From Hamiltosporidium tvaerminnensis FI-OER-3-3 (Eukaryota > Fungi > Microsporidia): a stretch of 64,000 nt of DNA. The position numbers and the translations under genes were made by a program. The notes beneath the pieces are model-generated. The model did no database searches and was not told where the DNA came from. It saw nothing but the letters and a program-made list of their open reading frames with translations. Each line of letters opens with the position of its first letter. Positions within the stretch are counted from its first letter, which is position 1. The stretch lies in contig JAKIMF020000001.1 in NCBI GenBank assembly GCA_022605425.2, positions 868,001 to 932,000 of the forward strand, in the 5' to 3' direction. Below, one piece after another: positions 50,553-63,532 of the stretch.

Positions 50553-53500
50553 TCAAAAGCAAATAAAACGGGCAAAAAGTATCATCTATAAAGGAAAAGT
50601 AAAAAACTGGCAAGATGATTCAAAACAAAGAAATAAATTAAAAATGTCTATTTTTTAAAATTGCTTATATTATGTAAATGCACTTAGAATTTTTTTGCTC
50701 CGAATTTTTTCTTTGAGTTTTATATTTTTCTATTTTCGTTTTTTACGATTCCTTTTCTTTTTTTAATTCAAATTTTGATCAAATTCTTAAAATTTTCACT
50801 TTAAAATATTGCTATCTAAAAGAAATTTTTAATTTCACTCAAAATAGTTAATTTCCTCACAAAAAGCAGATTTCTTACCAAAAACGATGCTTTAAACTTT
50901 TGATTTAGATCCATATGTTTTAGCAGCTCAAAGATGTGTTAGATTTTACTTTACGGAAGATTAAATTCACCAAGAGAAAAATAATTTTTCAATAGACATT
51001 AATCATGCCATAAAAGAAATATTCAGATTTTATCAGAATATTTTTTTGCTTTCTCTATTTAAAAATATTTAAGCAAAAAGGAGATTGGTAAATCAAATGA
51101 TTTATAAATATTCAATTTTAAACATATTTTAAACAATTTGAAAACTGTAAACAAGAATATGTATAATTAATTAAGACATTCTACTAAAAAAATACTTTCA
51201 AAATATATATTTTGACTTAGATAAGCGTGTTCGAGTTTTTAGTTTGTTTTTGTTCTGCATGTGCTCGATTCGGATCAATAGAGTCTTTTTTCAAAAAACA
51301 AAAATTCAATTATATTTGCTGTTTTGTGCAAAAAAATATGTCTTTTGTTTAATAGTTATAAAAATTATTTTGATGCAATTACAACTATTGATACAAAAAA
51401 CCAGTCATTGGTTAAGTTTTATATAAAACATTGAAGGTATAATACACAGTATTTTATCAGATTTAGACATTTAATTTGATTTTTTAGAACTAGAATTTAA
51501 AAAGTATCACAATAAATCTCAAACCTTGTAAAGGCAAAGTTCATAAAAGAAAATTCTATTATTTAGTAAACCTAGGCAAAATTGATGATACTTATAAATA
51601 AGAATAGACTCGATTTTCTTTAGACATAAAAAATATTATGAAGAGTAAGCTGATCGATCTTATAAACACAAAACATACTCGCAAAATATCACAGCATATT
51701 TTTGTAAATATCTTAAAGTACTTTCAAAAAATCTTTCTAATAATTATGGATTGTTTTTATATACTATTTGCCAATTTTTTTTATGTTGTTTTGATTGATA
51801 TTATATCTGTGAAAACCGCGAAGAAAATAACAAAATCATATAAAATAATTACGAAAAAAAGTGAAAATATGGTTTTTAAAGCTCGAAAACCTACGTTTAA
51901 AAGATATATTAATTTCTTTGTTATCAATGTTTAATAAAATGATCCTAAATTTTTAAAATATTAGCGATATTTTACATATACTACGACTTAAAAATATATG
52001 TTGTTTTGAAGAAAATGTTTAAAATAAGGCTCGGATTGGCTTAAATCAAAATCATAAAGGATTTGGTTTCAACTAAATTGTATATAGATCTCATCGAAGA
52101 GTTTTTTATAATCTGCACTCCGTTTCTTCTAAAAATGCTTCAAAGAAATTATACTTATGTTTAATTCGAAATTGAACAAAATAAATGATCTCTTGGTGCC
52201 TCTACGAGAATGAATAGATTTTACAACATATAATTGCAAAAGACCTATTCTGCAAGATAGATGGAAACATTTAAAGCTAATTTATTGAAAGTCTAGTTAT
52301 TAAACGATTATATATTGGTGCACTTGAATCTGTAAATCTAATAATGTTAAATGAAATGTATAAATTTTATATGTTTTTGGCATATTTTAAGAGAAAATAT
52401 AATTAAAACATGATAAATCTATAATAGATATCATCATGATTATATTTACACATTAGATAATGTTTTTTTTGGGTTATAATCTTATAATATCATCAATTGA
52501 TAGAAAAATAAAAAGTCAATTGTATAAATAGTTCATATAATTTCTTCATAGTAATATAAACGGATTTTAATCTATTCTTTGATGATATGTTTAATACCGT
52601 AAATGTGGAAAAGGTATCACAAGGTTTTTGATTATACCAGGTTTATTTATCGGATTCAAGAGTCATTCATTACTCGAAGGAATTCGGACTATCTAGTAAT
52701 TGTCTGTGATTCCAAGAATTTTGGGTCAATAGAATATATTAGGCCAAAAATGTTAGTTTATGTGAAAAATAAGAGTGTGTTTTCAGGTATAGTTAATGCA
52801 ATTGGATATATGCAGATATTCTAGCAATGATTTATATATATCGCGCGGGAAACATGGTATTTTGACTCAGAAAGAAGCATGTATTAATCTTAAAAAACTT
52901 TGGCAGCATTATTCTTTTCATTTTTACCAATTTACCCCGAATTCGTATCTTTCTGCTGAAATTTGCGTGTTAATCAAATTAATGAAATAAACGAAGAAAT
53001 TCTATATGAATTGAGCTCAAGCAAGATAAGCAAAACGAAATTAGATGCCATTAAGTTCAAGGTAGCCTCTAATAAGCTATAAAGTTTAGCCATTATGTAT
53101 CACACGTATTTTAATGATTAAGCAACATATTATTACTAATTAAGCTTTTTTTTGCCCCTTATGAAAAACCTATTTTAAATTCGCAGAGCGCGCCATCTAA
53201 GGAGCAAATGCCGAACACTACTATTTATAAAAAAATTTTAAATGTAATTTACAACTTCCGAGCATGAAATCTGTGTTCTTACTGCTATAGAATATCTATA
53301 TACATATTTTGTCTGTGTGCTCTATGTTTCTGGTCCAAATCAGTTTTCATTATCTTAACTTATTGCCAAGAAATCCAATGTGTTCCTGTATAAATTTTTA
53401 ACAAATAGCGAGGATTATTATTACGAGGTAATATGAACGACATTCACCAAGATATAATTTTCAGCTTTATGCCTCTTATATTTATTATGCCAATAAGTTG

Positions 53501-55106
53501 TGAATGTAAAAAAAATCGAAATTTGTAAAACATGATACAAGCAAAAATTTATCTTGTTCATAAATGATTTCAAACTTAGTATTGCTCTAAATTGTCTTTT
53601 TTGATAGCAATTCAAATCAAATCTTTTCTTTTCAACAGTGAGTTAATAGATAAAAATAATAATAAGCAGTGCGCGAAAAATGTTTTAAAAATACTGATAT
53701 TTTTTTGCTCGTTTGCGTAACCATATTCGGAAACAAAAAAATATAATAAAAAATCAAAAAATCATTAGCTAAATAAATCAATAAGGAACTTCTTCTTTAT
53801 AGCAACATTTACTTTCTATTAAATACAATAAATTTAATCCATCCACTCAGTGAATGTGAACTATCTCTTATCAAAGTTTAAAAATGGTGCTGTGTACCTA
53901 ATAAAGGAATTTATCATGCTGCTATAGTTCACTCAGGATTGCAGTTTAATAATGATCCAGGATGAATAAATATTAGAAGATGAAAAATGCCTCGTGTAGC
54001 CTAATTAAAACGATAAGAAACCAATTATTTTTAGATTCCGATGAAAATATATCTATTTATATTCCTGTATTGTTTTCACACAAGAATATAAGTAAATAGG
54101 AGTCTGAAATAGAAAAACTTAAGGTTCAGAAAATTACTCTGCTAAATACAAAAAGAATAATTCTTCGTGTATAAAAACAGAAACTTAAAGCTTAAAAAAG
54201 TGTCTATAACAAAATAAAGAATCCCCTACGTGAGGTTGTAGAATACCAAAGATATAGATTCTAGATTTAATTTTTTTTTCGTTGGGAATTAAAAAAGCAA
54301 AAAAACAACCTATTTTAAAAGTAATTTTGCAAATTCAGAATAGAAATGTTAGTCAAGTAGCAGAAAATTAATAAAAATATATAGGTTTGTTATAAATTAA
54401 TTTATTTCATATGAAAAAATCAGAAATCATATAGAAAAAAATCAGAAACATGGTATAAATAAGTATAATCGAGTAAATAATGCGAATTACTTCGATGAAG
54501 CCTCCATTTATTCATAAACAATTTTTTTTGTAAAAATTAAACAGCAATGTTCATTAAAACAGTTATTCGTTCATACACGTTGGTATCAGAATGTATATAT
54601 GTAATACTCATGAGAATTAAACATTATTTGTACTTCTACAAGATTTAAATTCAAATTTTTATGTTTGTTCAATTTAAACTTTTTCCCCACTCCAAATAAT
54701 TAAGTCAAGCACAGATCCGAATTATTAAACGCTAAAAATTTTAGGTATTTATTATAAATGTATTCTAATATAATCCCTTATCTAATCACCCGGTATGTTT
54801 TTCTTATGAAATCCCTTGGTGCTTGAATTTCAAATCTTAACTATTAATATTATTTAGAAAGATATAGCAATAAAATAATATGTAACAAAAACCATTATGG
54901 TTCTGTTTATCTGAAAATATTGTCTGCGTTTAATAGTCTATTAAATTTGTAGAACACATTCAGATGTCATAAAAAAACCAAATTACTTAATATCTAGCAG
55001 AAATATATAGAGAAAGTAAAATTGCAGCCGACAAAATCCAAAAGAATCATATTAGATAATAAACTATCTTAAAAAACAAAGTCTAAGCTAAAAAAAAACA
55101 TAATAC

Positions 55107-55372
55107 AAGGATCAAATGAAAACTCTAATTAAAAAAATCTTCTATTGTTCTTACAAATCAAAATAATTATAATGCAAGAATCAAATGAAAACATATTTAA
55201 AAATATCTTGTAAGGTTCTTCCAAACAAAATAATTATAATGCAAGAATCAAATGAAAACTATATTTAAAAAAATCTTCTATTGTTCTTCCAAACAAAATA
55301 ATTATAATGCAAGGATCAAATGAAAACATTAATTTCAAATTATTTTACTAAGTTCTTTCCAATCAAAATAAC
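55107..55372. repeat. Tandem repeat, ~68-bp unit x4, upstream of YCG1
   Basis: caag(g/a)atcaaatgaaaac at 55107, 55175, 55242 and 55310. Confidence 0.9.
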
Positions 55373-55519
55373 AAAAATTTGAATTTTTTAAATTCATCTT
55401 CGTATCATTTATCAATAAAATATAAGATATTCTGTTCTCTTAAAAAAAACCTTTGAATTTTAAATCAATCTCTAAGATTATAATTTTAAATATTACATTT
55501 TTCTTGTTATACCCTACAC

Positions 55520-57746
55520 ATGCCACTAATTTCAGAAAATTATAAATTAGAAGAAATTTTTAATGAAATACAACAATGTAATACAACCAAATATTTACAA
55601 AACCTTGAAAAATTCAAAACATTTCTCAATCAAGAAGAATCATTCGATGAAAATTTTATAAATATTTTGAATGTAATTTTATTTTCAGATAAAAAAGAAA
55701 TTCCTTCAAAAATTACAACATTTATAAAAAAAACCATTCAAGAAATGTCTTACAATTCTAAAGAAAAAAAATTTCTTATAAATTTTTGTAATTATTTAAA
55801 AGAATGTATCGGATTCAAAATATAAAAATGTTAGAAAAAATTCTATTTTTCTTATTTCCTTAATTCAAGAATCTATTTCTAATCAAGACGTAAAAATTAA
55901 AATTTTTGAAAAAGATTTTATAATTAAAATTGCGCATCACCTTTTTGATAAAGAAAGTTCAGTAAGAAGAGAAACGATTAAAGCATTGGAATCTCATCAA
56001 TCAGAAGTGGTTTTTGAAAAAACTGTAATTATTAATGTTTATAAAGATATAATAAGATACGATACGAGTCCTGATGTACGTAAAGAAGCACTCAAAAATA
56101 TAAATCCTATTCCTACGACATTTAATGCTGTATTTGAAAAAAGCTATGATATAAATTTAGGAGTAAGAAAAATGTTTTATTATAATTATTTGCCAAAACT
56201 TTCTATAAAAGATTTAAGTTTAGAAAATAGAATTCTTTTACTTAAACGAGCATTTTTAGAAAGAGAATTTGATGCCAAATCAATATTTATTGGTAAAATC
56301 AGAACTGAATTTGATGTTTCTACAAATTTACTTAAAATTTTTGAATTATTTTTTGATACTGAAGAAAGAGTTTTGATTTGTTTGAAAGAACTTTTAGAAA
56401 TATTCTGCGGTTCAACTTTTTTTGATTTTAATGATTCTTTTTTCAAAGAAATTTCAGATTTTTCGTCTTTTTTTATGGTTTCGTATTTGGAATTCAAAGA
56501 AAAAATCCAAGGAAGAGATTCGCTTAATTTACCTGATTTATACACTTATGCTGCTTTTCTATATCAAAGGTGTCAATCTTTTATAAATAAGGAATCTACC
56601 TTTGAATCTAAAAACGAATTTTTTATTATTCAAAATCTTTTCAAAATTTTATATTTTTACGATTGTTTTACTGACGAATCAAGAAAATTTTTACTCAGCA
56701 TTTGTTATAAAATTCTTACTACAAAGGCTACAGAAGAAATCACAGAAAATACTATTTTACTCTGTAAATTGGTTTGTGATTCTGAACTTGAAGTTTTTAT
56801 AGGAAGTATAATTTCAAAAAATATAAAAAATGAAAATACTGAGATGTGCTTACTGGTATGTAAATACACTATGAAATGTATTTACCCATTCTTAGATATA
56901 CACCATGCCATCATAAATGAAATAGTAATGCCTCTTTTTACAGAAACAACCAATTCTTCATTTAAATCTGTTTGTCTTCAAAATATATTTTTCTTTTTAA
57001 TTAAAGAATTCAAACCTGAATTTTTTAATATTTTAATCGAAAATTTAAATATTTGTGAAAATAATATTGAAATAGCTGTCGATCTTTATTGTTCAAATAA
57101 TATTGATAAAGAATTAATTGAAAAACCAGTTTTAGAATTTTTAAAAGAAAATATTTCTAACGAAAGAATTCCTTTTTCATTGACTCGTATTTTACTTTAC
57201 AATATAATATATCAAAAGACTAATTTAAATGAATTTGACAAATATTTTCTGACAAATCTGATGAATATTTATTATTCTACACAAAACGATAAAACAAAAC
57301 AATGGTGTTTAATATTTTTTAACGAATATTTTAGTATTTCTTGTGATATTTTGGTTTCTGTACTTGCAGATGTACTTGGAAATCTGAGTAATAATCATAA
57401 AGTAGCAATGGACCAGTGTATGTATTGGATGAGAAGTACTCGATACAAAGTAGATTTTCAAGATTTATTTTATAATTTTTTAATTTATTTAATAAGAAAT
57501 TCTTCCAAAAGTATAAATTATAAAATTTTTATTAATTTTCTTGAAAAAATACCACCAAACGAAAATTGGGACAAAATAAAAACTAAAAAGATTATTTATG
57601 CTTGTTCTGCACTAAGAAGAAAGATAACAGAATGTAGTAACTTAGGTTCTCTTTTAAATAATCTTATATCTATTGATGATGGAGAACCAATGGATATTAA
57701 ATATTATGACGAAGTAAAAGCTGATATGAATATTATTTCCAATTAA
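55520..57746 (+). CDS. YCG1: Condensin HEAT-repeat subunit Ycg1/CAP-G, with an apparent +1 frameshift at ~55811
   Basis: LEEIFNEIQ N-terminus. Removing one G at 55811 gives CIDSKYKNVRK..LFDKESSVRRETIKAL..IRYDTSPDVRKEAL..YDINLGVRK..LLKRAFLERE, the Ycg1 HEAT pattern. ACCCTACAC precedes the ATG. Confidence 0.8.
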
Positions 57747-58170
57747 AAGTATCAAATTCATTTAATTTCATTGTATTTCAGTATTGTCATTCTAATATTT
57801 TTCAAATTATTTTATTTTTATTGTCGATAATATATTTTTACTAACTTTTATACTTCATTGTTTTTCTAATTACTTCAATTTAATATTAAATACTAAAATA
57901 TCAAATTTTATTTATGAATGATCAAAGATATAAATATTGTTTATGTGGCACCTTCAATTATGTTCATATTTATTTAATTAATCCGTATTTATTAAATCTT
58001 AAATTCTAATAGAAAATAAAGATATAACAAAATATTGATAAATTAAATGTACCAAATTAAGAAACAAATAAATTGTAAATAAATTTTATTATAATTGAGT
58101 ATAAATAATTTATTTCAATTAGATAATAAGTAGAAATAAATAATAAATCTCAAATATTTCAAATAAAATA

Positions 58171-58385
58171 AAAATATAAAATTAATAAATATATTCTAAT
58201 TCTAAGTCTAATTCGTATGTCAATTTCTTTTTTACATTTATAAAATTATTTTTTGAAATAAAAATATAAATGTAATAAATATATTCTAATTCTAAGTCTA
58301 ATTCATATTCATTTCTTTTTTACATTTATAAAATTATTTTTTGAAATAAAAATATAAATGTAATAAATATATGCTAATTCATATT
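58171..58385. repeat. Tandem repeat, ~89-bp unit x2.4, upstream of the second transporter
   Basis: aaaatataaa..taataaatatat.ctaattc at 58171, 58261 and 58349. Confidence 0.9.
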
Positions 58386-58509
58386 TAAATTCTGATATTA
58401 AATAATTTTAAATTATTTTTTTTCGTTCCAGAAACTTCTTATCAAAAATCATATTTTTTTGTTTACCCATTTTAGTTTATAATTGTTATTATTTTTTGAA
58501 ACAACAAAA

Positions 58510-59422
58510 ATGAAAAAATATTTGGCTATTCTTCCTGTATTTCTACATTCATGTATTAATGGTTATATTCTAAGAAAGTTTACAAGAGATAGAAACACAC
58601 CCAAATGTCTTCCTATGATGCTTATAGAATTGATAAAACTTGGTATTTCAATTTTTATAAAATCTGGTGAGCCAATAAAATATAATTTGGAAATTACTGT
58701 GCCAACAGTTTTTTATTTTTTACAAAATCTACTTTTATGGAATTTTGCTGCTAGAATAGATCCTTTATATTTTGCTACGTGTTACCAATCAAGAATTATT
58801 TCTTTATGTATTATTTCGATTGTACTTTTGAACAAAAGATTTAAAATGCATCAGTATTTTGGACAATTTTTAATATTTGTTGGAATAATTTTACCAGAAA
58901 TTTTTAAAGAAAATAAAATTGAAAAAAATAATGAATTAATTCCTTGTTTGGGAATAATTTTATCTGGGTTTCTTACAAGTTTAAGTTCTGTGTATTTTGA
59001 ACACAGAATAAGAAATACAATTACATATTTTTGGGATTACAGTTTTCAATATTCCATATACGCAGTAACTTTGTCATTTATAGCTTCTATTATAGAATTT
59101 TACAGTCAATGAAATCGATATTTGGAAGTTTGTATTAAATGTAAACTTTTGGTTGATTATTGTTACAAACTCAATCGGATCGATGATTATTTCTTATTTG
59201 GCAACTGTAATATGTCCACTTACTCGTACATTTTTTATGATTTTGGCATCTGCTGCTTCTACAATCGTTATAACATTTTTATTGGATAGTAAATTAGACA
59301 TTAAAAATTTATTTTCATTCGGTATCGTTTATCTGGGTACAAGCATTTACGAGTATGAAAGTTTAAGGAAAATGTTTGTCAAAGTTACACCAAAGTCAAA
59401 ATCACCAGAAGAACAAATATGA
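58510..59422 (+). CDS. Nucleotide-sugar transporter paralogue of 41583..42638, with an apparent +1 frameshift at ~59104
   Basis: INGYILRKFT, KCLP, CYQSRII, GIILPEI, FWDY.FQYS and CPLTRTF are shared with the paralogue. Deleting one base at ~59104 gives FYVNEIDI (paralogue FYVKEIDI) and joins ORF 59153..59422. Confidence 0.75.
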
Positions 59423-59574
59423 ATCAATAAAGTTTGAATCGTTTTTTCCTTCTTGCTTACCTTCATAAAATAAAAAATTTCCTTTCTTAATCTTACTAGC
59501 TTTTAATTTAACAAAAACTTGATTTCTTCAAAACTATCTTTATATTTTAAAATGACGAATTTTAAACAAAATTA

Positions 59575-60240
59575 AGGAAATTATAAATCATTTTTTGAGT
59601 TAAATTTTAAATTTTTAAATATTTTCACGCATTTACATATTTTCTGCCACCTCTTTAAATATTTTAATTTCTTCTTGTAAACTCGTCGCATAGTTTATAT
59701 TTTTTTCGGTTCCTCTACTGTGGTTACTTTATTTGAAATAAGAAATGAATTATTTTTTATTTTTACTTTTTTATACATAATATTCCTAGTTACTAGCCTT
59801 TTTTTTATTGAAGTTTTGCTTCCTGATGTATCTCGGATCTTTTAATAACACCCATTGCTGCTCTTTTGCAACTCTCTTCGGCATTTAGTCCTGACTCAAG
59901 TTTTCTCAGTCGATCAATATCAACAGTTTTAAATGTCTTTATTTGCCTTATCGGCTGAATATATGCCTCTACTTTCATAGGTATTTGAAATGATTTAAGA
60001 TATATTTTATTTATTTTGTCACAATACCGTACCAGGTTATAAAGGAAGAATTAACTCATGATATCATTTATAAATATAACCAACTTATTTAAAAATAGGT
60101 CATACTTCCTAAGTTTCTCTGTTTCAACTATTTGAAGTGAATCTTGGAAAGTGATTCCTATTTCCAGGAGGGTTATACTTTTAACCTTTTTCTAAAATGA
60201 ATACATCCGATTTATTATTCCAAATTTAAACATCAGTTTC
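59575..60240 (-). mobile_element. Decayed 3' fragment of the RLE retrotransposon (endonuclease region and tail)
   Basis: ctctcttcggcatttagtcctgactcaag and ggtcatacttcctaagttt..gtttcaactatttgaagtgaatcttgg match copy 3. Confidence 0.85.
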
Positions 60241-60376
60241 TATTGAATTCTATTTAATCTCCGATTTACTTAAAATTAGAGATAATTGAAGGAAATTCTT
60301 TTTAAACCAGATTTCTATTTCTTATTTTTTTTAATAATTTTTTAAAAACACAAATAAAATTTTCGCATCCCTTTTT

Positions 60377-60616
60377 ATGTTTGGCATAACAAAAATATTT
60401 TATTCTTTGATATTTTTTGCTAATTCTCTAGTTATTCTCAATGAAATGCGATTTCTAGCAAAACTTGGATTACCTTTGAAACCAGAAGCAAGAGGATCTT
60501 TGAGCGGAACAAGAAGAAAGATTGTTGATCTATTACGAGCATCAAGAACACTTTTAAGAATCCCACTTATTTTCATTAATTTGTTGTGTATTTTATACGA
60601 AGTATTTTTAGGATAA
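60377..60616 (+). CDS. YOS1: Yos1/IER3IP1 small ER-Golgi membrane protein
   Basis: 79 aa with NSLVILNE.RFLAKLG ... IVDLLRASRTLLRIPLIFIN....YEVFLG, the Yos1 signature. CCC motif 5 nt before the ATG. Confidence 0.93.
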   Translation: MFGITKIFYSLIFFANSLVILNEMRFLAKLGLPLKPEARGSLSGTRRKIVDLLRASRTLLRIPLIFINLLCILYEVFLG

Positions 60617-60997
60617 AATTTTTCTTTAAATGAATTTTTTTATATCGCATAAAACAAAATATTTATTTTTTATAAAAAAACGAATAAAACTTAGTTTAAT
60701 TAAAATTTGAATATTTTTAAGATTATCCATAAACAAAATATTTCTTTAATTGTAAGAAATAGTGTAAAACTTAGTTTAATTGAAAATTCTTCGTAATAAT
60801 TCGATAAAAAATAATTCTTTAAATTAAAAAATTGCATAAAACTTAGTTTAAATAAAAAATTCTTCGTAATAATTTTACAAAAAAATAATTCTTTAAAATT
60901 AAAAAACTCATAAAACCATATTTAAATTAAAACAGTAAAATATTACAATGCTTGTCTCATAAAAAATATTTAATAAAAAAATAGCATAAAACTTAAT

Positions 60998-61539
60998 TTA
61001 TTCAAAGATATTAGAATCCTTCGGAACAAACGTGCATGACTTTTTGTTAATATTTTTCTCAAATAGTGGGAACATAACTTCATCCCCACAGAACTCCTTA
61101 ACACCTGGTCTCTTTACTTCCTCATCAGAAATTTCACTAACAGAAACAATAAAAATCATATCATTTTTTACTTCGTGTCTACCTCCCATATCAGAGAAAA
61201 GCTTTTCAACCGCAGAAATTCTGCTGATTGCTCTAAACTCCTTGTACATATTATGGAAGCATCTTTTAGAACGGTAATAGAATTTAATTCCATAATTTTT
61301 AACGACCATTTCAGATGTGTCTTCAGTAATAGGAACTACTTTTAAAACACACGCTTTGGTGGATTTTATCTTATGTTTAGTGTTTAAAAGATTAAAAAAT
61401 CTTGAACGTGCATAAACATCGTTCTTAGCAAATATGTTTGCTACGTATATTTGTGGCTCTTTTTCTTCTTCTGTTGGTAATTTTGAACCAAATATTTTAA
61501 ATTCTTGTAACTAAAATTATATTTATATCAACTTACCAT
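60998..61539 (-). CDS. RPL20: 60S ribosomal protein eL20 (L20/L18a), two exons: ATG (61537-61539) and 60998-61510
   Basis: Spliced product MLQEFKIFGSKLPTEEEKEPQIYVANIFAKNDVYARSRFF...VKNYGIKFYYRSKRCFHNMYKEFR...FSDMGGRH carries eL20 motifs. CCCC motif upstream of the ATG. Confidence 0.93.
61511..61536 (-). other. 26-nt spliceosomal intron directly after the start codon of RPL20
   Basis: ATG|GTAAGTTGATATAAATATAATTTTAG|TTA: GTAAGT donor, TAAT branch motif adjacent to a TAG acceptor. Removal restores the frame. Confidence 0.92.
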
Positions 61540-61604
61540 TTTAGGGGTGAAGATTATTTCGTTTTTTTTATAAAATTTTATGAACAGAAAAAAAATAAAA
61601 GAAG

Positions 61605-61760
61605 AAATGGAAATGAGAAAAAATAGAAATAAGAAAAAATAGAAATAAGAAAAAATAGAAATGAGAAAAAATAGAAATAAAACAAGAAATGAGAAAATAA
61701 TAGAAATAAAGAAATAAAAGAATTAAAAATCAAAGAAATAAAGAAATAAATTAAGAAATT
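61605..61760. repeat. Purine-rich minisatellite (~16-bp AGAAAT(A/G)AGAAAAAAT) upstream of RPL20
   Basis: Repeated agaaataagaaaaaat/agaaatgagaaaaaat units decaying into aaagaaata. Confidence 0.8.
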
Positions 61761-62034
61761 GATAAAAACTTCCTTTAAATAAAAAATGCCAAAAAAATTA
61801 TTTTTAGGTTACAAAGTAAGTTAATCACCCCTCGCTTAAACCAAAAAATATATTTTTAATGGAATTCATTTAAATTTGTATATTCAGTAATATATAAATG
61901 GAGTCTGAGGACAATGCTGATTATATTTTTCATACTGAAATATTTACTCAAATTTTTATTGAACAGTTATGGTTCAATTCAACGTCCACAAGTGGTTAGA
62001 AGTATTTCTAATCAATAAATAGAAATTTAAGTCT

Positions 62035-62760
62035 TTAAAACGAATTAGGTGTCACTCAGTTCAAAAATTCTTGAAATTTTGTATTAAAAAAAATAAAATT
62101 AGATATCAGAATAAAAAAATTTAAGAGTTTGTAAGAATAGACTTGATATATTATTTTAAGAATTTAAAGTAAAGGAAAGTAAATAATTTTATACTTTTTG
62201 AAGTCCTGAAGTACTTCAAAAGACTTTTTTTTTCATATTTTTGGTCAAAAAACTAACTAGATAGAGCTTATTAATCAATTATTTTTTTTTTATTTTTATG
62301 TATTTTGAAAATAATTGTTTTATGTGATAACTTGGGATAGTATTGTTACAAAATATCAGAAGATTTATCTTTAAAGGTTTTAAATACTCATAAGATTCGA
62401 GGTATTCGTTCTTTCGATTATATGCTAAAAAACAATCCGAGCCATTAATTCTGATTTAAGATATGAATCCGAGTCAAAACCAAATGAAAGTAAGAGTCGG
62501 AAAAAAGTAGTATTGGTTTCATTACGAGGAACAGAGAGACATGAACAATCTATATTCTCTATAATAGATACTAATGTAGAAGAATGTATTTTAAAACGTA
62601 AAATTTTTATAAAATCTTCAATTATGTATTAAAAAATCGATCAAAAGCTTTAACTTAAAATACCGAAGAAAAGGGAACTTAATAACTGTTGTATAAAAAA
62701 AGGAAAATATTAATAGAATCAAACCAAATATAAAATTTAAAAATCCAAACTAAATTTATT
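62035..62760 (+). mobile_element. Highly decayed 3' fragment of the RLE retrotransposon
   Basis: aaacgaattaggtgtcactcagttcaa and ttatgtgataacttgggatagtattgttacaaaatatc match 8879-8905 and 9150-9188. Confidence 0.7.
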
Positions 62761-62940
62761 TTTAATATTTAAATATAAAAATTAAAATTAAATTAAGCGT
62801 ATAAAACGTAAAAAAATTATACTTTTTTTATAAAATTCCATGAATTTCTATTACATATTTTTTCCATATAAAATATGTTTATAATGGTAAGTTTTCCAAA
62901 TACTAATTCCTTTATAAGAACCCTTTTCAAAAAGAATCAA

Positions 62941-63118
62941 AAAAATAGTATTTTTTATAAACTCTCCAATATCAATTCATTAATTTCTATATAAGTATAC
63001 TTTTGAAAAAAAATTAGAAAAATAGTATTTTTTATAAACTCTCCAATATCAATTCATTAATTTCTATATAAGTATACTTTTGAAAAAAAATTAGAAAAAT
63101 AGTATTTTTTATAAACTT
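62941..63118. repeat. Tandem repeat, 77-bp unit x2.3
   Basis: aaaaatagtattttttataaact at 62941, 63018 and 63095. Confidence 0.9.
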
Positions 63119-63532
63119 TTAGTCAAAATAATAAATTTGACTTTTATTTTTAAATAAATTACGATATAATTTGATAATAAAATTATTTTTATCATTATAT
63201 CTATTAAATGGTTTGTATTTGCCCTGACAAATAAATATTGTTTACCGTTTTAACTATTTAATATTAAAATAAATAGATTTATTAATTTATCATATAAGCT
63301 TAATTATTTTTATCAAAAGTTATTAAAATATTTAATTTTTAATATGTAAGGTAGAAGAAAATTCATAAAAATCGTAAAAATATTTAAAACCGGTAATTTA
63401 TTAAATAAAAATCTGTAAAAAAGAGAATTATATATTTTTTTTAGATTAGTTGTGATATCATATCTAATGTAGAATTTTCTAATATAGAAGCAAATTAATT
63501 TAAATAAATATAATTTTTATTTCAAAGTAAAA

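Noticed and set aside
53870-54150. Possible very old RT fragment
   Set aside because: Similarity to the GILQGD/MDP region is too weak to delimit.
55107-55372. Tandem arrays as CRISPR-like loci (also 23363, 58171, 62941)
   Set aside because: Units are contiguous with no unique spacers, there are no cas genes, and the context is eukaryotic.
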